Source: Vicugna vicugna
Taxonomy: Eukaryota
Assembly: GCA_013265495.1 (NCBI GenBank)
Contig: MU057744.1
Coordinates: 2,617,370-2,681,369, forward strand
Direction: 5' to 3'
DNA length: 64,000 nt
Part shown: one piece after another, positions 27,600 through 40,199 of the stretch
Layout of the letters: the number at the start of each line of letters is the position of its first letter
Numbering within the stretch: position 1 is the first letter of the stretch
Position numbers and translations under genes: made by a program
The notes under the pieces: generated by a model
The model's database searches: none
Seen by the model: only the letters and a program-made list of their open reading frames with translations
Told to the model about the DNA's origin: nothing

Positions 27600-28330
27600 T
27601 GCCACGCTGTCTCTGCTCCCTCCGACCGTTTATGACCTTTCATCCCCTCCATGTGCCTCCACGACTGGAACTTGAGCACAAGGCTGGTCAGCGCTCTCCC
27701 TCTAGGGCGTTGCCCCCGAGTCCTCTCCCCAGCACTAGCAGTCTCCTTCCCGTTCCACTCGGATGGCTGGCTAGCAGGTACCGCGGTCCTCGGGTGCTCC
27801 AAACAGACCCTGCTCTTCCTTCCCCAACCTGCTCCTGCTCCGGTCTTCCCCGCTGCCTTCTCTTCACGCTTACACATCCCCGGCACTTCTCTCCTGCTCC
27901 TCTCCCCTTAGCTAGCCCTGCGGCCACCCTGGAGCCCAGCTGTTCCTTCCACACGGAAGGCACTCCCAGACACGTGGGAGGCGCTGCTGCTGCATCTGCT
28001 TAAAAGACAGTGCTCCAGGCTTTTCTCAGTTTGCTTCTGTCCACCCCCAGGTCTGCTCAGTTGTCTTCTTGGTTCCCAGTTCCCAGGACGCACTGTTTAA
28101 AACTACACTTCCTCTGTCTTTGTCCCTGGTCCCCTTCTCTGCTTTATTTCTCTCTGTAGCGCTAATTTCCATGAGTCAAAATATGTATGCTACTTGCGTA
28201 TTTGTTCATTGTATCCCCAACATCCAACTGAAATGTGGCCCCCATGAGGGCAGGGGTTTTCTGTCCACTGCACCGGGGCGAGGGCTTGTCACATTTTAGG
28301 CTCTTAAGAAGTGTTTGCTGAATGGAGTTG
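27600..28330 (+). mobile_element. L2 LINE 3' fragment
   Basis: Pyrimidine-rich L2 body ending 'aatgtggcccccatgaggg caggggttttctgtccactgcacc...ctcttaagaagtgtttgctgaatgga', the L2a-type 3' end. Confidence 0.65.
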
Positions 28331-29719
28331 TCAAGGAGTAAAAGTAGAACTGAGCTTGGAATAGCCATCAACCTTGGGATGTGGACTCTGTTCTCAGTGG
28401 GAACCTGACCACTTATGGATGGCCTTCTTTGTGTTTTAGTGAAACGAAGTCCTTTATCAGACATTTACAGCCATCTCAGCCCAACTAAAGAAACCCTGAG
28501 CTGGGTACCATGTGCAGAGCTTTTAGCCCAGGGCTGGAGTGGCACGTGGACATGGGGCTTGTGGGTAAAGCGTCCCGAGACGCTCCTGGCGAAGGGGAGG
28601 CTCACGATGACTGTACGTGGCGTGCAACTGAGAAATGGGCACAGTTGGTTGTGTTGCATTTTATATTAGGTTGCAGTTACCCTAAGGATAATATTTGAAT
28701 ATAAAAATAGCTGAGAACAAGTCTTAGAGAGAATACTACAAACCAGTGCCATTCGGTCTCAATGACATGTTGGATTTTTCAATAAATTATTTTTATAGGA
28801 GTCTGGGACTGAGATGAACTAAAAAAAAAGTGATGAAAATTTGTCGCCTATTTCAGGAAAAAAATCTACCCAGATTGTCTTCTTTTTGGTGATATTCAAA
28901 GATCAGAACAATGTATTATTATATTATGTGATAAAATACTACATTATGACAAAAAATAAGGTTATAAAGTGGTTAAAAAAATGAGCATTTGTTCCCTTGG
29001 GGTACCTGGCAGCCTGTGACTGCAGACACAAGAAAGGTGCCAGGGTTCCGTCTGCATTAGTGGACTCGTCTGTGGTATCGATACAGGCAGGTGCCACTGG
29101 AATAGAGGCTCAGGTTGATTCCGGGTGCAGACTTGTATCTTCTGTGCTCAAAATCCAGCCTCTCAAGTGTCCTGGGAATTAATGTCCACAAGACACCTGA
29201 AGAAGTTCTGGCTTTACCATTTGATAGTTATTTCTTTCCCAGTCCCGGTTAGGAAGATCAGAGGACAGCTCTTCCTGGCCTCCCTCGGGAGGGATCTACC
29301 CTTGTGCGCGGGAGGTCAGTGCTCCCGTGGGAACGCCTGTGGTGGGACGTTGCGTGGGCTGTCCCCGTGCTGGGGCCACAAGTCCCTGTGTGTCTGTCCC
29401 TTCCCCTCGCCTTTTCCCCTCTAGCTGACAGGCCCAGGCTGACTTGCTGTTTAGGCACCATCCTTTCCCAAATTCGAGGAGGGTCATCGTTCACTGTCAT
29501 CTTCCTTTCTTCATTTCATTTTTTTGTTTTGTTTGGGTGAAGTTTCTGCCATCCATACAATTCCACTTGGAAAAACAGATTGAATCAAGCCAAACAAAAC
29601 AAAAATCACATAGTTTTACAACCATCTCACTTTCTCTCTCTTAAATAGCCTGGTTTCCAGGTGAAAAAGCTGCTTATTAACTCACACACCCTTATTTTAC
29701 ATTTCCATGTAGACTAATG

Positions 29720-29836
29720 TTTTGTTTGGGGAGGTAATTCGGTTTATTTATTTATTTAACGGAGGTGCTGGGGATTGAACCCGGGACCTCGTGCGCGTGC
29801 TAAGCACACGCTCTACCACTGAGCTGTGCCCTCCCC
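29720..29836 (-). mobile_element. tRNA-derived SINE, camelid Vic-1-like
   Basis: Minus strand reads ggggagggcacagctcagtggtagagcgtgtgcttagcacgcgcacgaggtcccgggttcaatccccagcacctcc (A box and B box) + (taaa)n + ccgaattacctcccc + A-tail, the layout I recall for the camelid SINE. Confidence 0.85.
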
Positions 29837-30004
29837 ACCCCGTAAGTAGCACACCTTCCTGCTTCCATTGTATAGTGCTGGTTAAACTGCCCTTTTCTTG
29901 GGAAGGAAATTACCTTTTATTGTTGGCTTGGGTGGGCACTATTCTAAACTTTAACATAGGACTTCACTTTTTCCTTTCTCTTACTATTAACCGTGGGAGG
30001 TAGA

Positions 30005-30120
30005 AATCATTAGTCCCATTTTACAGATGAGGAAATGGAGGATTGGGGGTTAACTAATTTCCCCCACAACACTGAGTTAATAAGTTCCACATCCTGGATT
30101 TAAATAGGGGTCTATGTTTC
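30005..30120 (-). mobile_element. MIR SINE fragment
   Basis: 'cccattttacagatgaggaaatggag' is the MIR core in reverse orientation. Confidence 0.75.
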
Positions 30121-32239
30121 TTAACATCGGTTAATCTAATGACTTTTAGAAAAGACAACAAATGAGACTGAAAGACAGTAGAAAGACTTAAATCCTTGAA
30201 GTTTTACTTCCTAAATAAGTTTGCAAACCAGCTTCTCACCAGCCCTGTCACCATTGCTCCAACTCTGATTTCTTCTTAATGGGGTTTTGTGTTTTTGGTC
30301 CTTTTCTGTCACATTTGCTCTTCCCACAGGTGCTAGGCATGTGTTTCACATGTGAACCCAATGGTGTTACCCCTTTCTTCAAATCCTCCGTAACCCCCTT
30401 TACCTACACCAGCAGGTTTCCAGCGGCCTTGCACGCATGTGCTTTAGGGGTTCTGCAACTGCTCGATTACAGTCTTAGTTTAAAACGGTTTTAATATTCT
30501 GCACATTTTAAAAGATCAAAAGCGTTGTAATAAAATTTGTTTATAACCCTTTGAAGTAGGTGTAGGATTAAGGGTCGGGTCACAGGTATCTGCTCATGAT
30601 GCCTGCAAATCAGGGCTGCTGCCCTGTACCACGCCAGAAAACTTGGATTTCTGTGAGACCTTGACATCGTCGGCAAACGTAAATGAGGGCTTCTTCCTCC
30701 AAAGTGTTTAGTGCTCTGCAACAAAACAAAGTAAATCCACAACAACCACAGACACTACAGTTTTCACTCGCACTGGCCTGTCGTAAATGTTTTAGAGCTG
30801 GCCCAGGCTCAGCGCACGGCCAGTTGCAGTCCTGCTGCGGGTTGTCGTAACTGACTCAGATTCTCAGGATGATCAGTTCTTGTTGGTGGACGTGGGCGCT
30901 CTCTGTAGAGCTCGCCGAGGGCTGTAGGTTTCCAGGCCACCAACTGCACCACCATAGGAGGTGTTACAATGAAGTGAGTCTTGCACCGAATTCCACGACA
31001 CACAGAACCACCTATTGCAAGAAATTTAAAAAGTTGTGCTGTCACTTCTGAGGACTTGAAGTCCCAGGTCTCTGTCCTCGCCCTTTTCACAAAGCATTCA
31101 CTCAACACAGATGTGGCAGCGTTTAAGCAGCAGAATTCAGCTGAAGCTTAGCTTAGGGAGAGGAAGTCTTTCTCTGACCGTTTGCTACAGACAGTGTGCT
31201 TCTGAGTTCGAAGTCCATAGAGTGCAGGACTCTGGGCTCAGTGGATTCTTGAAAGGGTGGAATTCTTAACAATTCCCAGTCAATGGACATATCTTGGGCA
31301 GTTCTGAGACCCGGTGTGCTGGTTAGCCCAGCCTCCGTAGTTGGTAAGTTAGCATTAGCACTTATGTCGCTGTATGTGGATTGTGAGTTTCTGAATGACA
31401 GACATTCATACAGTAAGTAAAACCGGAGCTGTTAACTAGCCACCCCGGGATACAGAGTGAAACTACACGTGAACTCCAGTCTCACTGACACCAAGTAAGT
31501 GGGATCCAGAAACCCACTTGTGCAATATGGAGGGGATGGTGGAGTTCGGGACCCAGTGAATACGCGGGACGCTGCCGGACCCTCCTAGTGGGAACAGGTG
31601 CCGTCCGCCAACCGGACGAGGGCTGGCCCAAGGGCGGGAGCTGGTCACCAGTCAGTTCACGCTGAGCTGTGAGTTCCCGTGGCATTGTTCGTTGTGTGTG
31701 TCAGACTGTCTGTGTTGAAGTACTTCAAGATAAATTGCAAACCACATAATGAGACCTCACTACCAATGAAATCAAATTCCTGCCGAGACTTCCCTGCGGT
31801 TGACTGTCCCAGTAGCCATGAGCTCAGACCTAAATAATCCATTACTTATTGGTCCTTATTTTGATATTTGTTTATTTGGGAACAATAATATTTATTTTTA
31901 TGAGAACAGCGATTTATTTTCTTATCTCTCAATTTAAAAAATCTTCAATATGTGTTTTAGGAAAATATTTCGTTTGGAAAATTACAAAACAATATGGAAG
32001 AGGAAATAAGAACAATAGGATAGTCGGAAATGTTTTCTCCCACAAAAGACAGGAAAAATAAATTATATTTTAAAGACGACCTTGAGGACTGTTAGCCACT
32101 GTTCTTCGTGAGCAGCCATGTTACCCAGCAGGGGTGATGAACAACCTGGAAAGTAATTCCAGTTATTTCCAGTGTATTCAAAATCTTTATTTTCATGCAA
32201 ATGTAGTTGATGTCAGTTTAAGGCCGACAGATCCTGGAC

Positions 32240-32645
32240 TGAAACGTGGACTCAGGAGGCTGCCTGGATTGAGAGCTGGCTCCACTCTTTATGCACTGTA
32301 TGATTCTGTTAGTTCTGTCGTTTAATCTCACAGATTCTCAAACGCTCATGTGTACAATGGGGGTAATACCGTTGCCCCTTGAATAACGCGGGGGCGAACT
32401 GCGCGGATGCGGTTACACATGGATGTTCTTCAGTAGCAAATACTCCCGCACGACACTGGCCAGCGGTCAGTTAGTCTGTGCACGTGGAGGGCGCGCTCTC
32501 AAGGAGGGAACGCTGCAAACTGCGCTTGGGTTATCCCACCTAGTTCAGGGGTCAGCGGCCTCTGCTGCGGGGTGCTGCGGGGATAAAGCGCACAGGTGGG
32601 AGGTGCTGTGTGCTGCCTGGCCCACGGTAAGTGTCTGACGTCAGG
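32240..32645 (+). mobile_element. MIR SINE split by a nested DNA transposon
   Basis: 5' half ends 'tgtacaatgggggtaata' (32368); 3' half resumes at ~32559 and runs to 'tgcctggcccacggtaagtgtc' (MIR 'tgcctggcacatagtaagcgctc'). Confidence 0.65.
32369..32558 (+). mobile_element. MER8/Tigger2-like TcMar MITE
   Basis: TA at 32367-68; TIRs ccgttgccccttgaataac and gttcaggggtcagcgg (rc ccgctgacccctgaac), resembling Tigger2/MER8 'cagttgacccttgaacaac'. Confidence 0.7.
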
Positions 32646-33090
32646 GCTGTTTGTCCTTCAACATCCGCGCTGTGCGCTGCGCGCTGAGGACTTGGCAGAG
32701 TGGCCCTCTCTAGGAATGCTCAAGGGAGTGTGCAGACGTTGCAGGAACGACTCCTGCGACTCAATCCCTGCTGGTACAGCTGGTATGTGCTCAGAGCAGC
32801 AGTGTCCCAGGAGACTGGCTGTTCCTCTGCCTCTGTGCCAGCCTCAGGCATTTCCACTGTGGCCACCCTCCTTGGGCACCGTCAGCTACCTCTGTGGTGC
32901 CCTGCGGCTCCCTGGGTGCTGAGCCCCTGCCGTCCATGGAACACGCCGTACCCCCGTTCCCTCCGAGCTCCAGGGGAAGGCCGCGCCTGGGGGTGGGCGG
33001 GCCCGGCCTGGCCGCTCTGCAGGGGCCCGCGGGGGAGGGCGGCGCCCTGCCGTGGGTCAGAGGGGCCCGGCTGGGCTGCCCCTGCTGAAG
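32370..33090. promoter_or_regulatory. CpG/GC-rich island with Sp1/KLF GC boxes
   Basis: Dense CpG; gggggtgggcggg (~32989-33001) and gggggagggcgg (~33031-33042). Confidence 0.55.
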
Positions 33091-33790
33091 GCAGAGTGGC
33101 CACTTCTCCTGATTGTGGAACTTGAAGGTTGTCTTTGTTTCTTTGCGTTTTGCAGGCTGGGTTTTCTACCCTCTCGTCAGTTCTGGGAGCCTCCACACCT
33201 TCCAGTCATGTCTTCCTTTTTCTTAAATACCCAGATTTGGATTTTCTTACTTGCTAATAAAAAAAATTCAGATACAAAGAAACACATTATTTCCTGAAAG
33301 AAAACCAACTTTCCCCATGTCCCTACCACTGCCATTAATAAATGTCAACCAGTGTTTAAAGTTATTGGTGACAGGCTACCAAACCCTTGGCCTGTCCTGG
33401 GGGCTCACCGCAGTGACCCATCCAGATCCTAGAATACTGCTGCTCTTGCCACTTCTGTCTCATAAAAGTTGTTGAACGACTGTCTGCAAACGTTGATCTC
33501 CATGATGTAAGACATGTTTTTGGCTGATACACAACTGAAAATAAGTTTAGAATTAAATTATATGCTGGGGGTGAGATTTTGGGGGTTCACTGGAGTGGCC
33601 TCATTGCGCTTAATGCCTGAGTATGTACATTGACGTCACCAAGTGGGGCTCGTCCGTTGACACTAATAAGGCACCATGTTTTCGTCTTTTTATGTATTTG
33701 ATCTCTAGGTAGATAATATTTGGGTAAAGGGTTATTTTGCTTCAAAAAATTGAAAGGCAGTGCCGTGCAGAACATGTGTCGGATACTCAC

Positions 33791-35010
33791 TGTGGGTTAC
33801 AGGCCTTCTAGGACTGGCCCAGCTCACCGCTTTGTCCTTGTTCTTGTCTGCGTGACGACTCATTTGTAGGTACTCCGACAGCTGCTAAGTGTCTGCTCCT
33901 GCGCCTTCCCTCCTACACAAGGTGCTGTTTTCGGAGCTGCCTGACCTGTTTTCTCAGGTCCTGTGAGTTGGCTGAGTCCTGCTACCCCTGAAGACTAATC
34001 TTAGCAACAGCACCCGCCCCACACGCGTCCCCTTGACTGGGTCAGGGTCCCTGCAAAGGAGGCTTCCTTGTACACCGGGAACGAGACCTTTGCCTCGCAT
34101 GCCCTCGGCTCTGTACTGGGTCTCTGTCTGCCCTGACGGAAGAGGGAGCTCCTTGAAGACAGAGGCAACGCCTGGCCCCCAACAGAGAGTCTGTGAGGTT
34201 GTGATTTATAACAAGAAATATGCGTCTGGCCTTCGCTCCATTTCTGGCACAAAGCAGCTGCCCTCTTGGCGTTTGCCAGGTGGTTAGGGCACGAGGAGCA
34301 TCTTTGTCCTCACAGTGGTTCTTCAACCCCACTTCCTGACACAGGGCTCTTAAACCTTTGTAATTCCCTGGGGGACAGAAGTGTTGTGATCTATCAGATG
34401 ACTGGGGGGCTCCTGGAGGAGGGCTGGTCACCAGAAAGACCAAGCCCCAGTAGAAGCTTGGACTTTTCAGCCGTCCCTGGCCTCTTGAGAAGGAAGGAGG
34501 GCTGGAAATGAGATTAATGATCGATCATGCCTATGTGATGAAGCTCCCACAAAAATCCCAGAAGCATGGGGTTCAGAGAGCTTCTGGGTGGGTGGACGGG
34601 TGGAGGAGGGGTGGTGCTCTGCCTCCCGTCTCACACACCTGGCCCTGCGCTCCTCTTCCGTCTGGCTGTTCACCTGTATCCTTTCATGATAAACCTGTGA
34701 ACAGTAGGATGTAAACAGCTCTCCTAGTTCTATGAGCTGCTCTAGCAAATGAATCCAACACAAGGACGGATGGAACCTCAGGTTGATGGCTGAACGGCTA
34801 GAAGCACAGGTGACAGCCTGGGCTTGCGGCCGGTGTCTGCAGAAGGGGGCAGGATGGCGTTGTGGGCTGAGCCCTTCACCTGTGGGATCGGATGCTGTGT
34901 CCAGGCAGGTAGTGTCAGGATCAAGTGAAATTGTTGGATACCCGGCTGGTGGCGAGCGCTGCTCCTTGTTGGGGAACTCCCCCACCACAGCACACACACA
35001 CTGGTTCCCG
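33791..35010 (+). mobile_element. ERV LTR sequence (MER21-like at 34192-35010, with adjoining LTR-like segment 33791-34190)
   Basis: 'tgtgaggttgtgatttataacaagaaatat...ggctggtcaccagaaagaccaagc...taatgatcgatcatgcctatgtgatgaagc...ctgagcccttcacctgtgggatc' follows MER21-family motifs. Confidence 0.7.
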
Positions 35011-36859
35011 AGCACCCCTTAGACTACACGCGATAGGCACGCGTCAAAGTGGCTAAAAAGCCAAGTGTCCCACGTTTCTGAACGGCAGTGTATACATTCC
35101 TAGTGACAGTTGAAATGGGAAGACGTTCAGCATTCCTGAGCTTGACCTGCTAGGCTAGCTTTGTCCTCCCACTTGAAGTCTAGTCTGAGGGCTCGCGGTG
35201 ATTTCTCCCCCTTCTGCCAGCACTGATCTGCAGATCAGAACCACGGGCCCTGCGATTCTTTCCCACGTGTAAATCTGGGGTTTTATTAGTTTGCTTGCTG
35301 TTTCTGTTTATTTTGGTGCCGTTTTTGCATGTGTACACACATGTATCTGGAAGCTTGTGGCATTTAGATTTTAGGAATTCAGAATTTCTAACAAGATTTG
35401 TGTCTGTGTGTGTGTGTTCCCAAAATGTTCCAAATGTTCCAAAATGTGCTGTTTAACAGGTGTGGGCGTGCCTGGATTTCCCAAACGTGTTATTTTACCT
35501 TTTCTCTGTGTGTTTTATCATTTCACTTTCCCATTGTTTAGACACAGTTTATCTTCACTAGTTTAGTTTCTAGAAACATGCACTTTGATCCTGACTTGCT
35601 ATATAGTTACAGAATTTTCCAGTCACGCTTCCTCCCTCTGAGATCTCTTCTCGCCACAATCACATTGCAAAGGTAACTTCCTCTTGTTTTCATCACTGCA
35701 GTTCTCTGGGATCTGACTGAAAATATCAATTAGACACTTTTTACGTTCCCTCTTACTTCTCTCATTGGTGGGTTTTCTTTGGTGGGTTTTCTCTCATTGT
35801 GGAGTATGAAATTGTCATTTCTGGCTGCTATTTTTCTCATGCGCTCAAGGCTATATAATTACTCATATTGTTAAAAAAGGAAAGGGGAGTCGAGGCTGGC
35901 TCCTCCAGGGGTTCTGTGGCCCAGGGGTGATTTCTCCTGCAGGGACTGCGGCCTGACTTCCACTTGCTTAGTGAACATCTGCATGTAAGTGACACCGGTT
36001 CTGACAGCTCGAGGTGGAGGGTCCAGCTCCCAGCTCTTCTGCATTCAGGTGTTTGGTGGAGCTCCAGAAGAGCTGATTTTTAATTTTTTCCCTAAAGGTT
36101 CAGTTAAGTGGCCATATACTATTTAGTGACTGACTTAATTCCCCAGCTATTTGTAATGGAAAGGACTGAATTCATATAAATAAGAGTTACCAACAGAAAT
36201 TCTTATAAATAAGAACAGTAAGTTATCTCTCTTCAGAATCGAGATCCATGAAGTTTTAGTGATATCTTTGCATAACTGATTAAGATTCTTCTAAAATTTC
36301 AGGGTCCCTCTTCTTACATCTTCTCATTAAATGTCCTAACTGTTCAGCCATTCACAGCTTCACCACGTCTGCCGTCCCACCAGAGGACGGACATCAGATC
36401 AATCTCCACTGACACTGATTTGGAATTCCATAAAATTACTCAACTGAAGAATTAAAATTTGAAAAATTTCCTCCTGCCTGTTCAGGTACATATTTCTACG
36501 TTTCTTCAATCAAGATTGTCATATGTGATGCACATTTCTTGTTAAAATATCCCTACGAAGTTTATACTTTGTACTTACTTTAATGGAATATTTTTCCATT
36601 ATACATTGTAACTGGCTAAACAGTATCTAAGAAACATTTCATGTTTCATAGAATCATTTGCAAGTTTCATCTGACACATATTTTCCTTATTTCTGTTAGT
36701 CCTTCAGGTAACTTTATTGTATTTTTTCACATAAATAAGATGTATTTCAAACAAAATAATATAACAGTCACGTATACCCATATCTTAAAATGATGTTTAT
36801 CTGTGTTTATTTTTGGTATCTAAAAGTTCTCTAAAAATAACTAAGTAAGTAGTTAAAAC

Positions 36860-36962
36860 CCCATCCATAAACACCGTCACAGGAAAACCCAGAATAGTGT
36901 TTGATCAAGTGTCTGAGTATCCCATGGCCCAGTCAGGCTGACGCGTGACACCAGCCATCACA
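36860..36962 (-). mobile_element. MLT2 (ERVL) LTR 5' fragment
   Basis: 'cccagaatagtgtttgatcaagtgtctgagtatcccatggcccagtcaggctgac...ccatcaca' is the reverse complement of an MLT2 start. Confidence 0.7.
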
Positions 36963-38024
36963 TGGAATCTATCTTTTGCTGCGTTAAGAAGTCCTGTCTT
37001 CAGTTCATCATTGCCTCTCACATGGGCACCCACTTAACACCCTCCAGCAGGACGACATGATTACTGTTTGGCAACTGGAAAAAAAATTACAAAACATCAC
37101 TTCAGAATAAAATATTAAAGACAAAGTGTAAACGTCTACTCCTCGGATTCTCCTTTCCGTGAGTCCTGTGCTCGTCATTGGTAGGGAAACTCACCAGGGA
37201 CGTTCTGGTCCATAATTAAAGCCTGTAATTCAAAAGGTGTGTTTCCCTTGACGAAGCCTGAGTTCACAAGGAAGACAGGGCACATTTGGACGAGTACACA
37301 GCAGTGGACGCCCACAAGTTTGGGTCTGACTCCTGACTTGTCCACTTCAGCCAGCTGTCGGTGGGCCTCAGAGAGGCTCAAAAGAGGTTTTTTGAATGAA
37401 TCAATGAGTCGATATAACTTAGCTTTTATTCTAGACTACGTTTGAAGTGTATTGGGAAGATTAAATAAATTTAAATGTGAATACACAGATCCTGGCAGAC
37501 AGGAATGGATCGATAAGTGGTAATAATAATTGCTGTTATGGTGGTGATGGCTTCTGTTACTCTGAAGCTGACACTGGCCGTTTGACCTTAGGTCACAGAC
37601 TGGAATGCTCATGTTGATATGAATGTCTGGGGATCCTGAAAGCCTCACTCAAGTAAACTTAGGAACTATGCCTACAAAGTATCCTGGTCAATAGATGTCA
37701 TGTCCTTCAGCACTGAAGAATTTTTTGTGGCCACGATGGTAAAAAGACAAGATGATACACAGTCTGAAACATTTTCACAACTTATATGTGTGCTGTAAAT
37801 TGAAATAGGGCTCTTTTGGCCCTCCGTATATATTTTTATGAGTTTACAATTTTATGCTTAAAAATAATTTAGTTAATGTAAGAGGTAGCAGAAGATGTAC
37901 TATTAAAAAGAAGAAACCTCTTGTTGCAGGAAAAAAGTGTCTAAAATGAGATGACCAGACTGATTGCATTTTCTCAGGTATCAGATGGATCTATATCTTC
38001 TGGCACTGCCCCAAAACAAACCAT

Positions 38025-38532
38025 TGTGAATTTAAATTCTACTGGGGCCGTATTTGTCAGAGGTTTGTCAGGGTGGAAACTGAGGGACTGAATACAAACA
38101 TGGAGCGTCGCCAGACCATATATAAAAACAGAACTTCAGTCCACATCTGCAGCAGCCAGTCCAGGGAGAAGCCAGACCACAGCCTCTGAGCAGTCAGCCC
38201 CACATGGGAGTTCCCAATAACTGCGAACTTCCCAAAGTTCTGCTTCCACTTCTGGTTTACGGCCAACCAAGAAAAGTCAGGTGTGCACCCCTAACCAGTC
38301 ACTTACAGTGCCCCAGTTCCAGATTGGCCTCCTCCAGCTCTGCATGCCAGCAGCCTCCAATCAAGGCCAACCTGAGACCTTCCCTTTCTTTCCGCTGTGA
38401 AGCTTTCTCACGCCTCTACCTGCTCTTTGAGTCTCTGCCAAGCGCAAGTGGTGGTGACTGACTCTTGCGGTAGCAAGCTCTGCATAAAGCCTTTGCTTGT
38501 TCTCATTTGAGTGGGTCTTGCTTATTTCCACG
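38025..38532 (+). mobile_element. ERV1-class solo LTR (~510 bp)
   Basis: Starts tgtg and ends ccacg (degenerate CA); CCAAT box (cctccaatcaagg); R/U5-like 'ttgagtctctgccaagcgcaagtggtggtgactgactc...cataaagcctttgctt'. Confidence 0.65.
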
Positions 38533-39195
38533 GGACAGAAGAAGAAACAGCTTCATAGAAGGGGTTTCATAAAACCATTTCTTTTAAGGAATTCATATAA
38601 CCGTTCAATATGAAGAACTTAAGATAATATCAAGAACTTCAAACAGTGAACAGCCCTGGAGATTTGCATGGGTCATGTTAACTACTACCGTGTAACGTCG
38701 TTTACTGTAGTTTTACGAGGCCCTGGCTGTTTCATCACTCTCCTCTCAACTATTTTAACTTACCTTCGTAATAGCTGGGGTGGTGAGGTTCTTAGCTGCT
38801 AAGCTCGCATCCATTGTTAGCAGTGCAGTTAAGTATTACAATGATCATCTCAGAGATAGCTTCATAGGTGTCAGGCGTGGATGGTGATAATTTTACCTGG
38901 AGCAGTTAATGTTCAATGGACACTTTCAGCAGCTGGCAGTGTTTAGTTCTGAGAAAACTTTTGAAGAACAAGTGGACTTAAAGGTGTGTGACTCTAGATA
39001 ACAAAGTCCTTGGGCTACATGCAGAAATGTGTTTAAAATTCCTCCTTAACTAATAAAATGGCTAGCTCACTGTGCACATAAACATCCGCAGTAACATCGA
39101 AATTGTTACTGTGCTTGAGTAAACACTGGATAAATCTGAAATTGAATGGAAGGTCTAAATAAAGGCAGTGAAAATACACAGTCCGTGGTGGATAT

Positions 39196-39562
39196 TGCTG
39201 TGGGTTGAATTGTGCACCCCTCTTCCCCTGTCACCCCTGCCAGCCAGATTCGTATGTTGAGACCCCACCTCCAACGTGATGGTGTTTAGAATGAGACTCT
39301 GGGGAGGTAATTAAAGTTAAATGAGGTCATGAGGGTGGGGCAGCCTTGATGAGAGGTGTTCTTGTGAGAAGGTAGACACGCCAGAGCCCTCTTCACCCAG
39401 TGGGAAGGACAAGGAAGGGGGCCCTCGCTGGGGAACAGGGTGGGCTGGCGTGGCGGCCTGGAACTTCCCAGACTGTGAGAAATAAACTCCTAGCGTTTAA
39501 GCCATCCGGTCTGTGGGGGTTTTTTTGTTTTTTTTTAATGGCAGGCTGAGCTGACTGATACA
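39196..39562 (+). mobile_element. MaLR solo LTR (MLT1A/MST-like)
   Basis: tgctgtgggttgaattgtg...aaagttaaatgaggtcatgagggtgggg...actgtgagaaataaa...tttaagcca...gactgataca. Confidence 0.85.
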
Positions 39563-40199
39563 TGTTTTAAAAATTACCAGATTATCCAGATATTTCAAAT
39601 GTTCTGATTTTGACAGTCTAGTGAATGTTTCAGTTTTCATCCAATAACCTAGTGTGTTGAATTTTTTATGAATGCCTTTTCTGTTACCTTAAGAGCAAAC
39701 CCAGGCGGAAATTAATTCGATTTGATTGGGCTGGTTAAATTTAGGTATCAAAATGACTGAAAACCATGAATCTTACAAGATATTTGAATTAGATTCAATA
39801 TAAAGTATTAAAAATCATGGTTTGATAATGAGAAATTTCAGCAGAGTGATTGTTTCTTAATAATTAAGGCAATTAAGGCAAAACTGTTTTTCCATTTACA
39901 GTTCCCCTTGATGGCGTAGGTTTGGTGTGATGTGTTCTTCTTCCTGTACCTTTGTAAACGGGGTGCATTTTCTATTTTGTTCCAGGAGTTATCTGCACCA
40001 TCAGTGCTTAATTTCTAAGTAGGTGCAGTTATGTGGGTATGGGTTTCGTAATGTATTTCCAATTTCCTTTTTTTTGTGATAAAAAACGTAATGTATATTT
40101 TCCTTCCCTTGAATATATATTATGTATGTTTGTGTGTTCAGCACACATGAGTGTTGGTCACTCATCCAAAGGCTTTCCTCCTTGTTACTTATTTACACT

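Noticed and set aside
27551..28003. 150-aa Pro/Ser-rich ORF
   Set aside because: Overlaps pyrimidine-rich L2 sequence; compositional artefact
29761..29836. tRNA-Ala-like sequence on the minus strand
   Set aside because: Has a SINE-type AT-rich tail and imperfect stems; better explained as a tRNA-derived SINE than as a tRNA gene
32596..33297. Cluster of overlapping ORFs on both strands
   Set aside because: Expected from stop-codon scarcity in GC-rich DNA; no homology recognised
34467..35015. Longest ORF in the window (182 aa)
   Set aside because: Lies antisense within a MER21-like LTR; no recognisable domain
38897..38948. Minus-strand exon-like unit (ttttctcag|...CCAG|gtaaaa)
   Set aside because: Stop codons in all three frames and only moderate splice signals
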